This document shows positions 1-9,400 of a stretch of 64,000 nucleotides of DNA, piece after piece. This DNA is from Capsulimonadaceae bacterium (GTDB lineage: Bacteria; Armatimonadota; Armatimonadia; Armatimonadales; Capsulimonadaceae). Below the pieces are notes generated by a model. The model was given only the letters and a program-made list of their open reading frames with translations, was not told the DNA's origin and searched no databases. Both the position numbers and the translations under genes were made by a program. The DNA lies in assembly GCA_965215505.1 (NCBI GenBank), contig OZ244065.1, forward strand, positions 1,120,001-1,184,000. Reading direction: 5' to 3'. How positions within the stretch are numbered: the first letter of the stretch is position 1; each line of letters starts with the position of its first letter.

Positions 1-859
1 TCCGGGCGAGGGTGGCATAATCCTCCCGCACATGGCTGCTGTCGGCGGCATTGATCCAGAAGAGGCCGCCGGGGTAGTCCTGCGGGTGCAGGTGGGCGTA
101 GTGGAGCGCGAGCTGGGTCTTGCCCAGGCCGCTCAGGCCGACCAGGGCGACGGGGGCGGCGGCGGAGAGCAGGCCGTGGACGAGGGACAGCGTCGGCGCG
201 CGGCCCACGAACTGGTCGGTGCGCCAGAACGGCAGGTTCGTCGGGGGCGGCGGGGCGGGGGCGACGAGGACGTCGAGCCGCCGGGGCAGGGCGGGGTTGC
301 CGCAGCCCTCACGGTGGAAGCTGACGACGGGCATCTGGAGTCCGTGTTTGACGAGCGCGTGTCCCAGGTCGTGCAGGTCCGATGCCCAGTCCCCCGACCG
401 CCGGAGCAGGTCGGCGTAGCTTTTGGAGAGGAGGATGTGGCCGGGGTCGCCGCAGTCCATGACGCGCTGGGCGAGGTTGACGCCGTCCCCGGAGACGTTC
501 TCCCGGCCGTTGATGTCCCGTCGGCGGATGATCGGGCCGCTGTGGAGGCCGATGCGGAGAGGCAGGCGGGCGGGCGTGCCGGTCGCGGCGGCGATCTCGC
601 AGGCGCAGCGGATCGGGGACAGCGGATCGGCGAAGAAGACCAGCGCCATGCCGTCGCCGGTGTCGGAGCGCAGCAGGTCGCCGGAGGCCTCGCACCGGCG
701 GAATTCCTCGGTGCCGCGCACGAGGGCGTGGAGGTCCTGGACGACGCGGACCTGGTCCCGGAGGGGCAGGCGCGAGTAGCCCGCCATGTCCAGGTAGAGG
801 ACGTGGGCGGCCTCGGCGGCGGGGGCGTCGGTCGGCGGACGGTCTGCCTCAATATCCAT
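1..859 (-). CDS. Class III adenylate/guanylate cyclase domain fused to an NB-ARC/STAND P-loop NTPase (3' end runs off the window)
   Basis: Not in the ORF track (no stop in window); translated by hand from ATG 859: HVLYLDMAGYS, TGDGMALVF, RIGLHSG, GDGVNLAQRVMD (cyclase motifs), then TNLP..QFVGR and Walker A GLSGLGKT, then FWINA. Confidence 0.85.
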   Translation of the reverse strand, partial: MDIEADRPPTDAPAAEAAHVLYLDMAGYSRLPLRDQVRVVQDLHALVRGTEEFRRCEASGDLLRSDTGDGMALVFFADPLSPIRCACEIAAATGTPARLPLRIGLHSGPIIRRRDINGRENVSGDGVNLAQRVMDCGDPGHILLSKSYADLLRRSGDWASDLHDLGHALVKHGLQMPVVSFHREGCGNPALPRRLDVLVAPAPPPPTNLPFWRTDQFVGRAPTLSLVHGLLSAAAPVALVGLSGLGKTQLALHYAHLHPQDYPGGLFWINAADSSHVREDYATLAR

Positions 860-1008
860 GGGATGGTATCCCGCCGTGCGGCGGTTCCGGTGAGTACGGG
901 GCGTGTGCGCGGTCAAATCGGGCGTCCGTCTGAGGCGTTCACCGGCGGGGGCGTTGATTCCTTCCTGCATCCTTGCTGCATCCTTAACGGCGCGGCTGTT
1001 TTGCGGCT

Positions 1009-1923
1009 TCACCGGCGCGGGCCGTGACCTCTCCCCGCGACGAGTCGCGACCCTGCCCTGTCAAGGGAGGGTGAGGAGGGGATCGGTGCCGTCGCGTGGG
1101 GGTGCGCCGCGCGCCGCCGGTCTTCGGTTGGTTCGGCCATTCCCCCCGGTGCCTCCGCCGCCTCGAACGGGAGTTCGTTTCGGCACTTTTCGGCGGCGTC
1201 CGTCGGAGGGGCGGGCAGGACAGGAGCAGGCACGACCGGTTCGGCGGAGCGCCACGGGGTCGCCGAGAGGGACGGCACGGCAGGACGCGGCGGAACGGGA
1301 CCCGACCCGGCCCGCGTGTCCAGCGGCGCGTCGGCGAGGGCGGCCACCACCGCCTCCGTCGCCTTGCGGATGCGCCGCAGACGGCCACGGGTCTCCAGGT
1401 CGATGTCCGTCTCCTCCCGCGCATCCTCCCGGCACTCCCGCTCCGACGTCCGCGCCTCCTCCAGCACCTCGTCGCGCACGCGCCGGGCGTACAAGGCGGG
1501 CGCATCTTTCCCCAGCATCTTGACGGCGGTGTCGATCTGCCGGTGCAGATGGGTCTCGTGGCGCAACGCCTTGTCCAGCCGGTCCAGGCGGGCGTCCTCG
1601 GTCAAGGCGTCGTCTTCAAAGAGCTGGGCCTGCCAGCGGTGCAGGCGGCGCAGGCGCCAGGAGGCGGCGGCGATCTTCTCGACGTAGTGCTGCTCGAGCA
1701 GGGTGCGCGGGGGGAGCTGGGCGAGCCAGGCGTCTTCGAGGAGTCGGTAGCCGTGGGGGTCTTCGCCGAGGGCGGGGAGGACCACGTCGCGGGCGAACAG
1801 GCCGTGGGTGGTGGCATTGCGGGCGGCGACGGCCTTGCCGGCGGGCGTGCGGGGGCCGGTGGCGGGGGAGGCAGCCGGGGGCATGGTGATTTGGGGGGCG
1901 GAGGCAGCGGCGTCGGTGAACAT
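1009..1923 (-). CDS. Hypothetical protein of the 'GPRTPxGKA..RNAxxHGL' type
   Basis: 304 aa ORF with GPRTPAGKAVAARNATTHGLFA and EKIAAASWRLRR; near-consensus promoter upstream. Confidence 0.75.
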   Translation of the reverse strand: MFTDAAASAPQITMPPAASPATGPRTPAGKAVAARNATTHGLFARDVVLPALGEDPHGYRLLEDAWLAQLPPRTLLEQHYVEKIAAASWRLRRLHRWQAQLFEDDALTEDARLDRLDKALRHETHLHRQIDTAVKMLGKDAPALYARRVRDEVLEEARTSERECREDAREETDIDLETRGRLRRIRKATEAVVAALADAPLDTRAGSGPVPPRPAVPSLSATPWRSAEPVVPAPVLPAPPTDAAEKCRNELPFEAAEAPGGMAEPTEDRRRAAHPHATAPIPSSPSLDRAGSRLVAGRGHGPRR

Positions 1924-1988
1924 GGGGTGGCCTGTTGCTTTCTTGTGCGCGTCGCGGTGATGCGCGTCGGTGTAATAGCTTGTCTACT

Positions 1989-2017
1989 AGTATAGCGCAT
2001 GATCGAAGGAATGTCAA
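1989..2017 (-). promoter_or_regulatory. Sigma70-type promoter TTGACA-N17-TATACT for 1009..1923
   Basis: tgtcaa at 2012-2017 and agtata at 1989-1994 on the + strand, 17-bp spacer. Confidence 0.7.
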
Positions 2018-2036
2018 GGGGGAGTAGCCGAGGGAA

Positions 2037-2056
2037 CGAGTGAATGAATTCACTCG
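2037..2056. promoter_or_regulatory. Perfect palindrome CGAGTGAAT-GA-ATTCACTCG, candidate operator (TetR-like style)
   Basis: 9-bp inverted arms with a 2-bp spacer, about 20 bp upstream of the -35 box. Confidence 0.45.
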
Positions 2057-2151
2057 CTGATTGGGACCTGTCCAGGGGACAGCGGAGGGAGGGGACGGGG
2101 TCCGGGGGGTCGGGTCCGGGAGAGCCGAAGGCAGAGGGGGCCTCGCGGGCG

Positions 2152-2322
2152 TCTGAGTTGTTTCTGAGTCTTCTTTGAGTCTTCTCTGAGTAGTCTCTGT
2201 AGTAGTTTGCGGGAACCCTGCAAACTGGTGTGCGGGATTCGTGCAGGCTGGCGTGCGCGATTGACGCAGACTTGTGTGCGGGATTCGGGGGGTCCAGTAT
2301 GCGGGATTTGGGCAGCCGAGAG
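2152..2322. repeat. Compound tandem array: five 11-bp units (TCTGAGTnnTn) followed by five 23-bp units (TGCGGGATT core)
   Basis: 11-bp units start at 2152, 2163, 2174, 2185, 2196; 23-bp units start at 2208, 2231, 2254, 2277, 2300. Confidence 0.85.
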
Positions 2323-2367
2323 GGGCACGAAGGGCGGTCAGGGCCGCGCACGGGAGGCGTTCCGGGG

Positions 2368-2775
2368 TCAGGCGGGGGGCCGGGCGCGCAGGAGTTCCCG
2401 CGCCAGGGTTTCGCCCAGCGTCAGCGTGACGGCGGGCGCGCGCCGGAACTGGAAGGCGAGATTGCCGGTCAGCAGCCCCTTCCTGGGGGTGACGGTGATG
2501 TCGCCCCATGGGATCAGCAGCGGCGGCAGGAGGCCGGGGACACTCAAATACAGGCATTGGTGGTCGGCCCCGGCTTCCAGGCAGTTCTGGAGGGCCATGC
2601 CGCCGACGATGCCGTACTGGGACGCGCGCTTTTCCCCGGCGAACACGGGCGGGCCGGGGTAGAGGCGCGCGAGTACGGCCCAGCCGCGCCGGTAGCTGAG
2701 GACGTAGTAGGCTAGCATCCCGGCCACGAAGAGGGGGATGAGGAGAAACGGGAGCGACGACACCGACGGGTGCAA
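2368..2775 (-). CDS. Hypothetical membrane protein
   Basis: TTG start preceded by GGAGG; N-terminal TM segment, GWAVLARLYP, LLIPWGDI. Confidence 0.7.
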   Translation of the reverse strand: MHPSVSSLPFLLIPLFVAGMLAYYVLSYRRGWAVLARLYPGPPVFAGEKRASQYGIVGGMALQNCLEAGADHQCLYLSVPGLLPPLLIPWGDITVTPRKGLLTGNLAFQFRRAPAVTLTLGETLARELLRARPPA

Positions 2776-2885
2776 GGGGGACCTCCGCGCGGGGCGGCCC
2801 GTGTGGGGCGGGCCGGCATGGGGGGAGTGTACTCAGGGGGGCGGACGGGGTAACGGGGTGTGGTCCCGCCCGATGCTTGCGGCTC

Positions 2886-3164
2886 TCAGCCGGATAGCTC
2901 GTCCATCAGACTTTGAACGCGCTTTTCGATGGCTTCACCGGTGGCCTTGTCGAGAACGAAATTGGGCATCCTTTCCGCGCCGGCTTCAACAGCGGTCAGA
3001 AGGGAAGAGAGAGTATAGAGGCTGGGTATTTGGACAGTCAGCCAGTCCCCCTCTTCTGTTTCTTCCGGCAAATCCTGTAGCGGAACCGAATACTCTTCCG
3101 CATCCTCAACCAGGACTGCCAGACTCCCTTCAATCTGGTCTACAAACACATGTGCCTCTGCCAT
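2886..3164 (-). CDS. DUF3006 domain protein
   Basis: VDQIEGSLAVL..LP..EEGDWL pattern; directly downstream of a ComEC-like MBL gene, the usual context. Confidence 0.75.
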   Translation of the reverse strand: MAEAHVFVDQIEGSLAVLVEDAEEYSVPLQDLPEETEEGDWLTVQIPSLYTLSSLLTAVEAGAERMPNFVLDKATGEAIEKRVQSLMDELSG

Positions 3165-3170
3165 ATCCCC

Positions 3171-4178
3171 TCACTTCGCGGACGGAAAGACTCCGTAAGT
3201 ATTGCCATCAGTTTGTATGTTGATCGTGCCTTGCAGATCGGTCCGCCACACCTTGACTTTGGCCCGATCGAGCGCATCCAGTGTCGCTTGATTTGGGTGA
3301 CCATAGCGGTTCCACAGGCCACAAGAGATCACCGCGACTTTGGGATGCACCCGTGCAAGGAAGACGTCATCGGTCCCATTCTGCGAGCCGTGGTGGGCGA
3401 CTTTCAGAACTGTGGCGTTCAGGCTGCTCCCGCTGGCAAGCAGTGAGGCCCGTTCTCCTGCCTCTGCATCTCCCATGAATAGGAAGCCGACGCTCCCCGA
3501 ACTGATCTTCAGGACGATGCTGCTGTCATTCGCGTTGGGGGAGAGTAGAGTCGGGGCAAGGTAGTCGAGAGTCACGCCATCGCCAAGGTCCTGACGGGTT
3601 CCTGCGAGGTGCTGCCGCGTCACATTGACGAAGGAGATGTTCTGGCGCTTAACTTCGGCGAGGAGACTTTCCTGCGTCAAACTTCCCTTGACGAAACCGC
3701 AGTCAACGACAATCGCCGTCGGGAGGCGGCGCAGCACCGCTACTGTGTTACCGTAGTGGTCTTGGTCGGGATGTGAGGTGATCAGCATCTCCAGCCGATT
3801 AACGCCCCGTTGCCCGAGTTCGGCAAAAAGCCTGCCGCTTGCAGATGATGGACCTGTATCGATCAGGATGTTCTTGCCGGACGGCGTTTGTATGAGGGTG
3901 CTGTCTCCCTGTCCTACATCGAGGAAAGCGACTACGAGCGGTTTCCTGTACGAGCCAACAACGGCACGGCTCTGATAGCGGTGAATGCCGTAAGCAGCGA
4001 GGCAGGCTACCAGCAGGAGCAACAGGAACGGCGGCAGCCAGCGCCGACGGGAGGGGTTGACTAGCTTCGCAGGCGGCGGGAGGCCGAGGCGCTTCCGCGC
4101 GAGTCGGTCGAAGTCATCCAAGGGCTTTGCGGCGTCCTGAAGTTTGTGCCGTTTCTCGGCCGGTGTCTTTTTAGCCAT
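3171..4178 (-). CDS. ComEC/Rec2-like metallo-beta-lactamase fold nuclease with a single TM anchor
   Basis: FLDVGQGDS, LIDTG, SHPDQDHYG, NDSSIVL, FMGDAE, KVAHHGS, NRYGHP, RTDLQG. Confidence 0.9.
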   Translation of the reverse strand: MAKKTPAEKRHKLQDAAKPLDDFDRLARKRLGLPPPAKLVNPSRRRWLPPFLLLLLVACLAAYGIHRYQSRAVVGSYRKPLVVAFLDVGQGDSTLIQTPSGKNILIDTGPSSASGRLFAELGQRGVNRLEMLITSHPDQDHYGNTVAVLRRLPTAIVVDCGFVKGSLTQESLLAEVKRQNISFVNVTRQHLAGTRQDLGDGVTLDYLAPTLLSPNANDSSIVLKISSGSVGFLFMGDAEAGERASLLASGSSLNATVLKVAHHGSQNGTDDVFLARVHPKVAVISCGLWNRYGHPNQATLDALDRAKVKVWRTDLQGTINIQTDGNTYGVFPSAK

Positions 4179-4197
4179 TGTGTGCTGTCTGCCGCCG

Positions 4198-5160
4198 TCA
4201 CTTCAAGAACTTGTGCGCCCGGTGCCAGGCTAGAGCCTCGGTCGCGGGAGCGTACTCCGGCTGGGGCGGCAGATGGAGCGGCGTGCCGGGTTTCAGGTAC
4301 TCCTGCCCCGTCTGCCGCAGATGGGGCGAGGCAATGATGCGGTAGTCGTCGGTGGCGGCGAACCAGCCGGCGTCGAAGCCCCAGTGGTGGTTCTTGCACA
4401 GGGCCAGGCCGTTGCGCGGGTGGTCGTTGTGGAACTCGGCGAAGGGCATGATGTGGGCGGCTTCCACGAGGGTGCCGTTCAGCGCCCCGGCCTTCAGGCG
4501 GCAGACGGCGCAGGTGTCGTCATAGAAGGACTTGATGACGCGGGGGAACAGCGTGTGGCGGACGTAGTACCCGACATCGTCTTTGGGTTCCTGGACGCGG
4601 CGCGTCCTAAACCGGCTCTGCGCCTGTGCGGCCAGCCGCTCCGCCTCATAATCGAGGGCGGGCCGTGGGGCTGGCGGCTGCCAGAGCTGCGGCTCGGGCG
4701 GAAAGTAGGTTTGCAGTAAATGGACGCGCAACGCCTGAACAGCCATCGGCGTTTGCAGCAGGTCCCACAAGTCCGGAGCGAGACGTGCGCCATCTACGGA
4801 TTGCAGTTGGCGGATGGAAGGGGAGGGAAACTGCTGCGCGTCTACTGGTGCCCCACCCTGAACCAGTTCCCAGAAGCGATCATAGACTAGGTAGCGGAAC
4901 GGCAGGGCGATCTTCTCCTCCCAAGTCTCCGGCGGCACATGCGCCAGCCAGTTCTGATGGAAGGCCACGATCAGGTCGCTGTTGAGCGGTACGAGGTTTT
5001 CTGTGATATGTCCCGCCGCCACTTGATCCAGCACCGCCAGGAGCAGGATCGGCTTGTGCGGCGCGTCGCCCAGGCGTGAGTTCTTGTTGCGGTGCAGGCT
5101 GCCGAAGGCGGTCAGGTACTTTTTGAGCGTGTCGGCGATCATCTTATGGTTCACGGACAT
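4198..5160 (-). CDS. Putative phosphorothioate-dependent restriction endonuclease (SBD + HNH)
   Basis: N-terminal APHKPILLLAVLD..PFRYL..FW (sulfur-binding-domain-like); C-terminal CAVC..EAAHIMPF..NGLALCKNHHWGFD; start placed at MSVNHK. Confidence 0.75.
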   Translation of the reverse strand: MSVNHKMIADTLKKYLTAFGSLHRNKNSRLGDAPHKPILLLAVLDQVAAGHITENLVPLNSDLIVAFHQNWLAHVPPETWEEKIALPFRYLVYDRFWELVQGGAPVDAQQFPSPSIRQLQSVDGARLAPDLWDLLQTPMAVQALRVHLLQTYFPPEPQLWQPPAPRPALDYEAERLAAQAQSRFRTRRVQEPKDDVGYYVRHTLFPRVIKSFYDDTCAVCRLKAGALNGTLVEAAHIMPFAEFHNDHPRNGLALCKNHHWGFDAGWFAATDDYRIIASPHLRQTGQEYLKPGTPLHLPPQPEYAPATEALAWHRAHKFLK

Positions 5161-5228
5161 GGTTCGACACGGGGAGGGCGACTTCCTGCCGGATGTTGAA
5201 GAGGGAAAGGAGGGATAGGAGGGAAAGA

Positions 5229-5339
5229 GGGCGCGATGAATCGCGCCCCTACGCGGATGGAAGTGCATAGACAGCACAGGGCGGACAGGATGGGCAGGGC
5301 GCGGATTATGAAGGGGGGCGCGGCAAGCGGCACCCCTAC
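5229..5339. repeat. Two GTAG-family REP-like palindromes (GGGCGCG..CCCCTAC)
   Basis: Copies at 5229-5252 and 5316-5339; related copies at 6420, 21575, 52630 and 59265/59323. Confidence 0.75.
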
Positions 5340-5343
5340 GAGA

Positions 5344-6312
5344 TCAATAGCCCTCGGCCTTGTCCACGACGTTGACGAGGGGCTGGCCGGCGAGGTAGCG
5401 GGCGAGGTTGTCGAGGAAGATGGCGTCGGCGCGGGCGCTGTAGTCGGGGCGGCTGCCGCTGTAGTGGGGGGTGAGGTAGACGTTCTCGGTGGTCCAGAGG
5501 GGGTGGCCGGGGGGAAGAGGCTCGGGGTCGGTGACGTCGAGCAGAGCAGCCCCGAGGTGGCCGGAGCGGAGGGAGGCGAGGAGGGCGTCGGTGTCCACGG
5601 TCTTCCCGCGCCCGGTGTTGATGAGGATGGCGGCGGGCGGCATGGCCGCGAACTCGGCGGGGCCGAGGAAGCCGCGCGTAGCGGCGGTGAGGGGGAGGGT
5701 GTTCATGACGACGTCGCATTCGGCGAGGAAGGCGAGGCGGTCGGCGGGGGTGTACATGCGGTCCACATCGGGGTGCGGGCCGCCATTGCGGCGCAGGCCG
5801 ACGACGCGCATGTCGAAGGCCTTGCCGACGCGGGCGCTGTGCCCGCCGATGGCCCCGACGCCCAGGACGCCGAGGGTCTTGCCGGAGAGAAGGCCGACCT
5901 TATCCCCCAGCCCGTCGCCGTTCCACTGGCCGGTCTTCTGGCGGTCCCAGGCTTGGGCGAGGCGGCGGGTGACCATCAGGAGCATGCCGAACATGTGCTC
6001 CGTGATGGGGGCGGCCCCGACGCCGCGCGCGTTGGTGAGGGTGAGGCTGTCCGATTGGACGTGGGGGACCAGCCCCTCGACGCCCGCGCCGCCGGTCTGG
6101 AGCCAGCGCAGGCGGGGCATCCGCGCGAGTTGGTCTGCGTTCAGCCAGCCGTAGGCGATCTCAATTTGGCCCATCAGGTCCGGGTTCTGGTCGGCCTGAG
6201 CGGGCGTGATGATCTCGATGCGGTCGCTGACGGCCCGTATTTGGTCGTGGAGGGCGGGGCTGTCGTCGGCGATGAAGGCTCTAAGGGGGGAGGAACTGGC
6301 TAGGTCGGGCAT
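5344..6312 (-). CDS. D-2-hydroxyacid dehydrogenase
   Basis: GVGAIG NAD-binding motif, INTGRG, LDVTDPEPLP, TPHYSG; ATG 6312 with GGAGA SD. Confidence 0.9.
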   Translation of the reverse strand: MPDLASSSPLRAFIADDSPALHDQIRAVSDRIEIITPAQADQNPDLMGQIEIAYGWLNADQLARMPRLRWLQTGGAGVEGLVPHVQSDSLTLTNARGVGAAPITEHMFGMLLMVTRRLAQAWDRQKTGQWNGDGLGDKVGLLSGKTLGVLGVGAIGGHSARVGKAFDMRVVGLRRNGGPHPDVDRMYTPADRLAFLAECDVVMNTLPLTAATRGFLGPAEFAAMPPAAILINTGRGKTVDTDALLASLRSGHLGAALLDVTDPEPLPPGHPLWTTENVYLTPHYSGSRPDYSARADAIFLDNLARYLAGQPLVNVVDKAEGY

Positions 6313-6348
6313 GGTGTCTCCTGGGCGGGTGAGGGATAGGGTGGGCCG

Positions 6349-6443
6349 CCCCCACCCCCAGCCCCTCCCCCGCAAGCGGAAGAGGGGGGCATGAAGGGGA
6401 GGGGGCGGCCCTTGAAGGAGGGCGCGGCAAGCGGCGCCCCTAG
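6349..6443. repeat. CCCCACCCC..CCCTCCC..GGGAGAGGG-type extragenic repeat plus a GTAG REP
   Basis: 6349-6389 resembles 58641-58680 (and weakly 1051-1081 in reverse); REP at 6420-6443. Confidence 0.65.
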
Positions 6444-6467
6444 GGTTCTGTGTCGGCGCGGGGCGCT

Positions 6468-9400
6468 TCAGGAAGGGCGTTCGACGGCGTGGACGAGAAT
6501 CCCTTCCGGGGCGGCCTGTTGGTCCTTGGTCTGTGGGCGGTGGTAGACGTGAGCGCCGCCGCTCGTCCCGTTTTCGTCGCGGCCCGTCCCGTCCCGGTCG
6601 TCTTGCTTGTCCCCCTTCTTTTTGTCGTCCTCCTTGCTGTCGTCCTTCTCGAACCAGGCGTAGAGGGTGGGCAGGACGAACAGGGTCAGGAACGTGGACG
6701 TGATCAGGCCGCCGATGACGACAGTGGCGAGGGGCTGCTGCACTTCGGCCCCCATGCCCCTGGAGACGGCCATTGGGATGAAGCCGATGGCGGCGACGGT
6801 GCCGGTCATCAGGACGGGGCGCAGGCGCTCTTTGGCACCTTCCAGGGTGGCATCCTCGACGGATTTGCCCTGTTCGCGGAGGTGGTTGATGAAGGTCAGG
6901 AGGACGATGCCGTTCAGCAGCGCGATGCCGCCGAGTGCGATGAAGCCGACGGCGGCGGTCATGGAGAACTGCATGTGCCGCAGGGAGAGGGCGAGGATGC
7001 CGCCGCTGATGGCGAGCGGGATGCCGGTGAAGATCATCAGGGCCTGCCGCAGCCTGCCGAAGACGATCAGCAGCAGACCAAGAATGGCGGCCAGGGCGAT
7101 GGGAATGACGGTCAGCAGGCGGGCGCGGCCGGATTTGAGGCTTTCATAGTCCCCGGCGTATTCCAGGGTATAGCCGGGCGGCAGATTCACCTGGGACTGG
7201 ATCTTCTGCTGGGCCTCCTGGACGAAGGAGCCGAGGTCGCTGCCCCGGACATTGGCCGTGACGGTGATGCGGCGCTTCTCATTCTCGCGGCTGATCTGAA
7301 CGGGACCGTCCACAGTGCGAATGCTCGCGACTTCGGAGAGCGGCACTTGCAGGCCGTTCGGGCCGGGGACCAGGACGTGCCCGATGCGGGTAGGGTCGCT
7401 GCGGTAAACCTCGGCCAGCCGGACGGTGACGTCAATCTGGACATTGCCGTCCGTCACGGTCGTCACCGTCCGGGGGCCGATGGCCGAGTCAATGACCGCA
7501 TTGACATCCGCGATGCTGATGCCGTAGCGGGCCAGAGCGGTCCGGTTGACGGCGACGACCAGTTGGGGCAGGCCATTGGTGGTCTCGGCCTTGACATCGG
7601 CGGCCCCCTTGATGCCTTGGAGGACCTGCACGATAGAGGCCGCCTGTTGGCGCAGGGTCTCCATGTCCGTGCCCAATATCTTGATGCCGACATCGGCCCG
7701 GTCGCCCTGGCCGTAGATCATCTCATCCATGCGCGTCTGGATGGGCTGGGAGTAGCTGGACTCGAAGCCGGGCAGCTCGTCCACGACCTTGGTGATCTTG
7801 GTGGTCAGCTCCTTCTGGTCTTTGGCCTGTGTCCAGGCGGACTCGGGGCGCAGGGCGATCAGGACATCGCACTGGGATTGGAGCATCGGGTCGGTCGGGA
7901 TCTGGGGGCGGCCGATGCGGGTCAGGACGTGGCTGATCTCATGCGGGAAGTGCTGCATCAAGACCTTTTCCAGAAGGGTGGAGCGGTCCACCATTTCGGG
8001 AACGGACGTTGCCGGGTCGTAATAAGCCGAAATGTCTATGGCGTTCTCTTGAAGCTGGGGCGCGAACTGGCTGCCCAGATGCAGGCCGAAGAAGACCGAG
8101 ACGGCGAGGAAGGCCAGGGCACCGCCGACGGTGACCCACCGGTGTTCGACGGCCCGCTTGACGCCCTTGGCATAGCGGTCGGTCAGCCAAAGCAGGGGCT
8201 TGTTCGGCTTCTGCTGGCCCCCTTTCAGGAAGAAGGCGCACAGGGCGGGAATGAGTGTCAGGGAGAGCAGGAGCGACCCGAACAGGGCGAACATGACCGT
8301 GACGGCCATCGGCTTGAACAGCTTGCCTTCAATGCCGGAGAGGGTCAGGACTGGCGTATAGGTCGCCAGGATGATGAGGATGCCGAAGACGCTCGGCGTC
8401 AGCACCTCGACGGCGCTCCTGCGGATGATCTCGTGCCGGTCCTCGTCGGACAGGTCCCCTTCCCCGTCTTTCCCCTCCCCCTCCTTTCCCTCACTGTCTT
8501 TGTGCTGCTGCGCGAGGTTGCGGACGGAGTTCTCGACGATGATGACGGCTCCGTCCACGACCATGCCGAAGTCGATGGCACCGAGGCTCATCAGGTTGGC
8601 GGAGATGCCCAGGGCGCTCATGCCGATGAGGGCGACCATCATGGACAGGGGAATGATGGCGCTGACGATCAGGCCCGCCCGGAGCTGGAGCAGGAACAGA
8701 AACAGGATGACGATGACCAGCGCGCCGCCTTCGACGAGGTTATGGACGACGGTCCGCAGGGTCTCGCGGATCAAGGTGGTGCGGTCGAACTCGTACTCGA
8801 AATGCGCGCCGGGGGGCAGGTCTTTGGCAAGGGCGGCGAACTTGGCTTTTACGGCCGTCATGGTGGTGCGCGTATCGGCCCCCATTCGCAGCAGGGGCAG
8901 GATGACGACGGTCTCGCCCGACCCGTCCTGGGTGGCCGTTCCCTGGATGGGGGCCGCGCCCTCCTGAACGTCGGCGACCTGAGACAGCAGGACGGGGGTG
9001 CCGGCGCGCGAGGAGACGACGGTCTGGCGGACATCGTCCAGGGACTGTACCAGGCCGACGCCCCGGACGATGCTCTGGGTCGGCCCCGAGGTGAGAAACG
9101 AGCCGCCGATGTTGGCATTGTTATTGGACAGGGCGGTGTCCACATCGGCGATGCTCAGGCCGTGCGCGGCCAGCTTCTGGGCGTCCACGGACACCTGCCA
9201 CTGGCGGGTCCGTCCGCCGATGACATTGACATCGGCGATGCCCGGCACGGTCAGAAGCTGCGGGCGGGCGGTCCAGTCCATGAAGGTCCGCTGCTCCAGG
9301 GGCGTCATGGGACCGCCCACCAGACGCACATGCACGATCTCGCCCAGGCCGGTGCTGACCGGGTTCATCTGGGCGTTCACCCCGGCGGGGAGCTGGCTCT

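Noticed and set aside
2016-2070. AAGGGGGAGTAGC resembling the start of a yybP-ykoY riboswitch
   Set aside because: The other conserved loops are missing; the sequence is explained by the minus-strand promoter and the palindrome
2152-2322. Possible mini-CRISPR array
   Set aside because: Units are contiguous degenerate repeats of 11 or 23 bp with no unique 30-40 bp spacers, and there are no cas genes in the window
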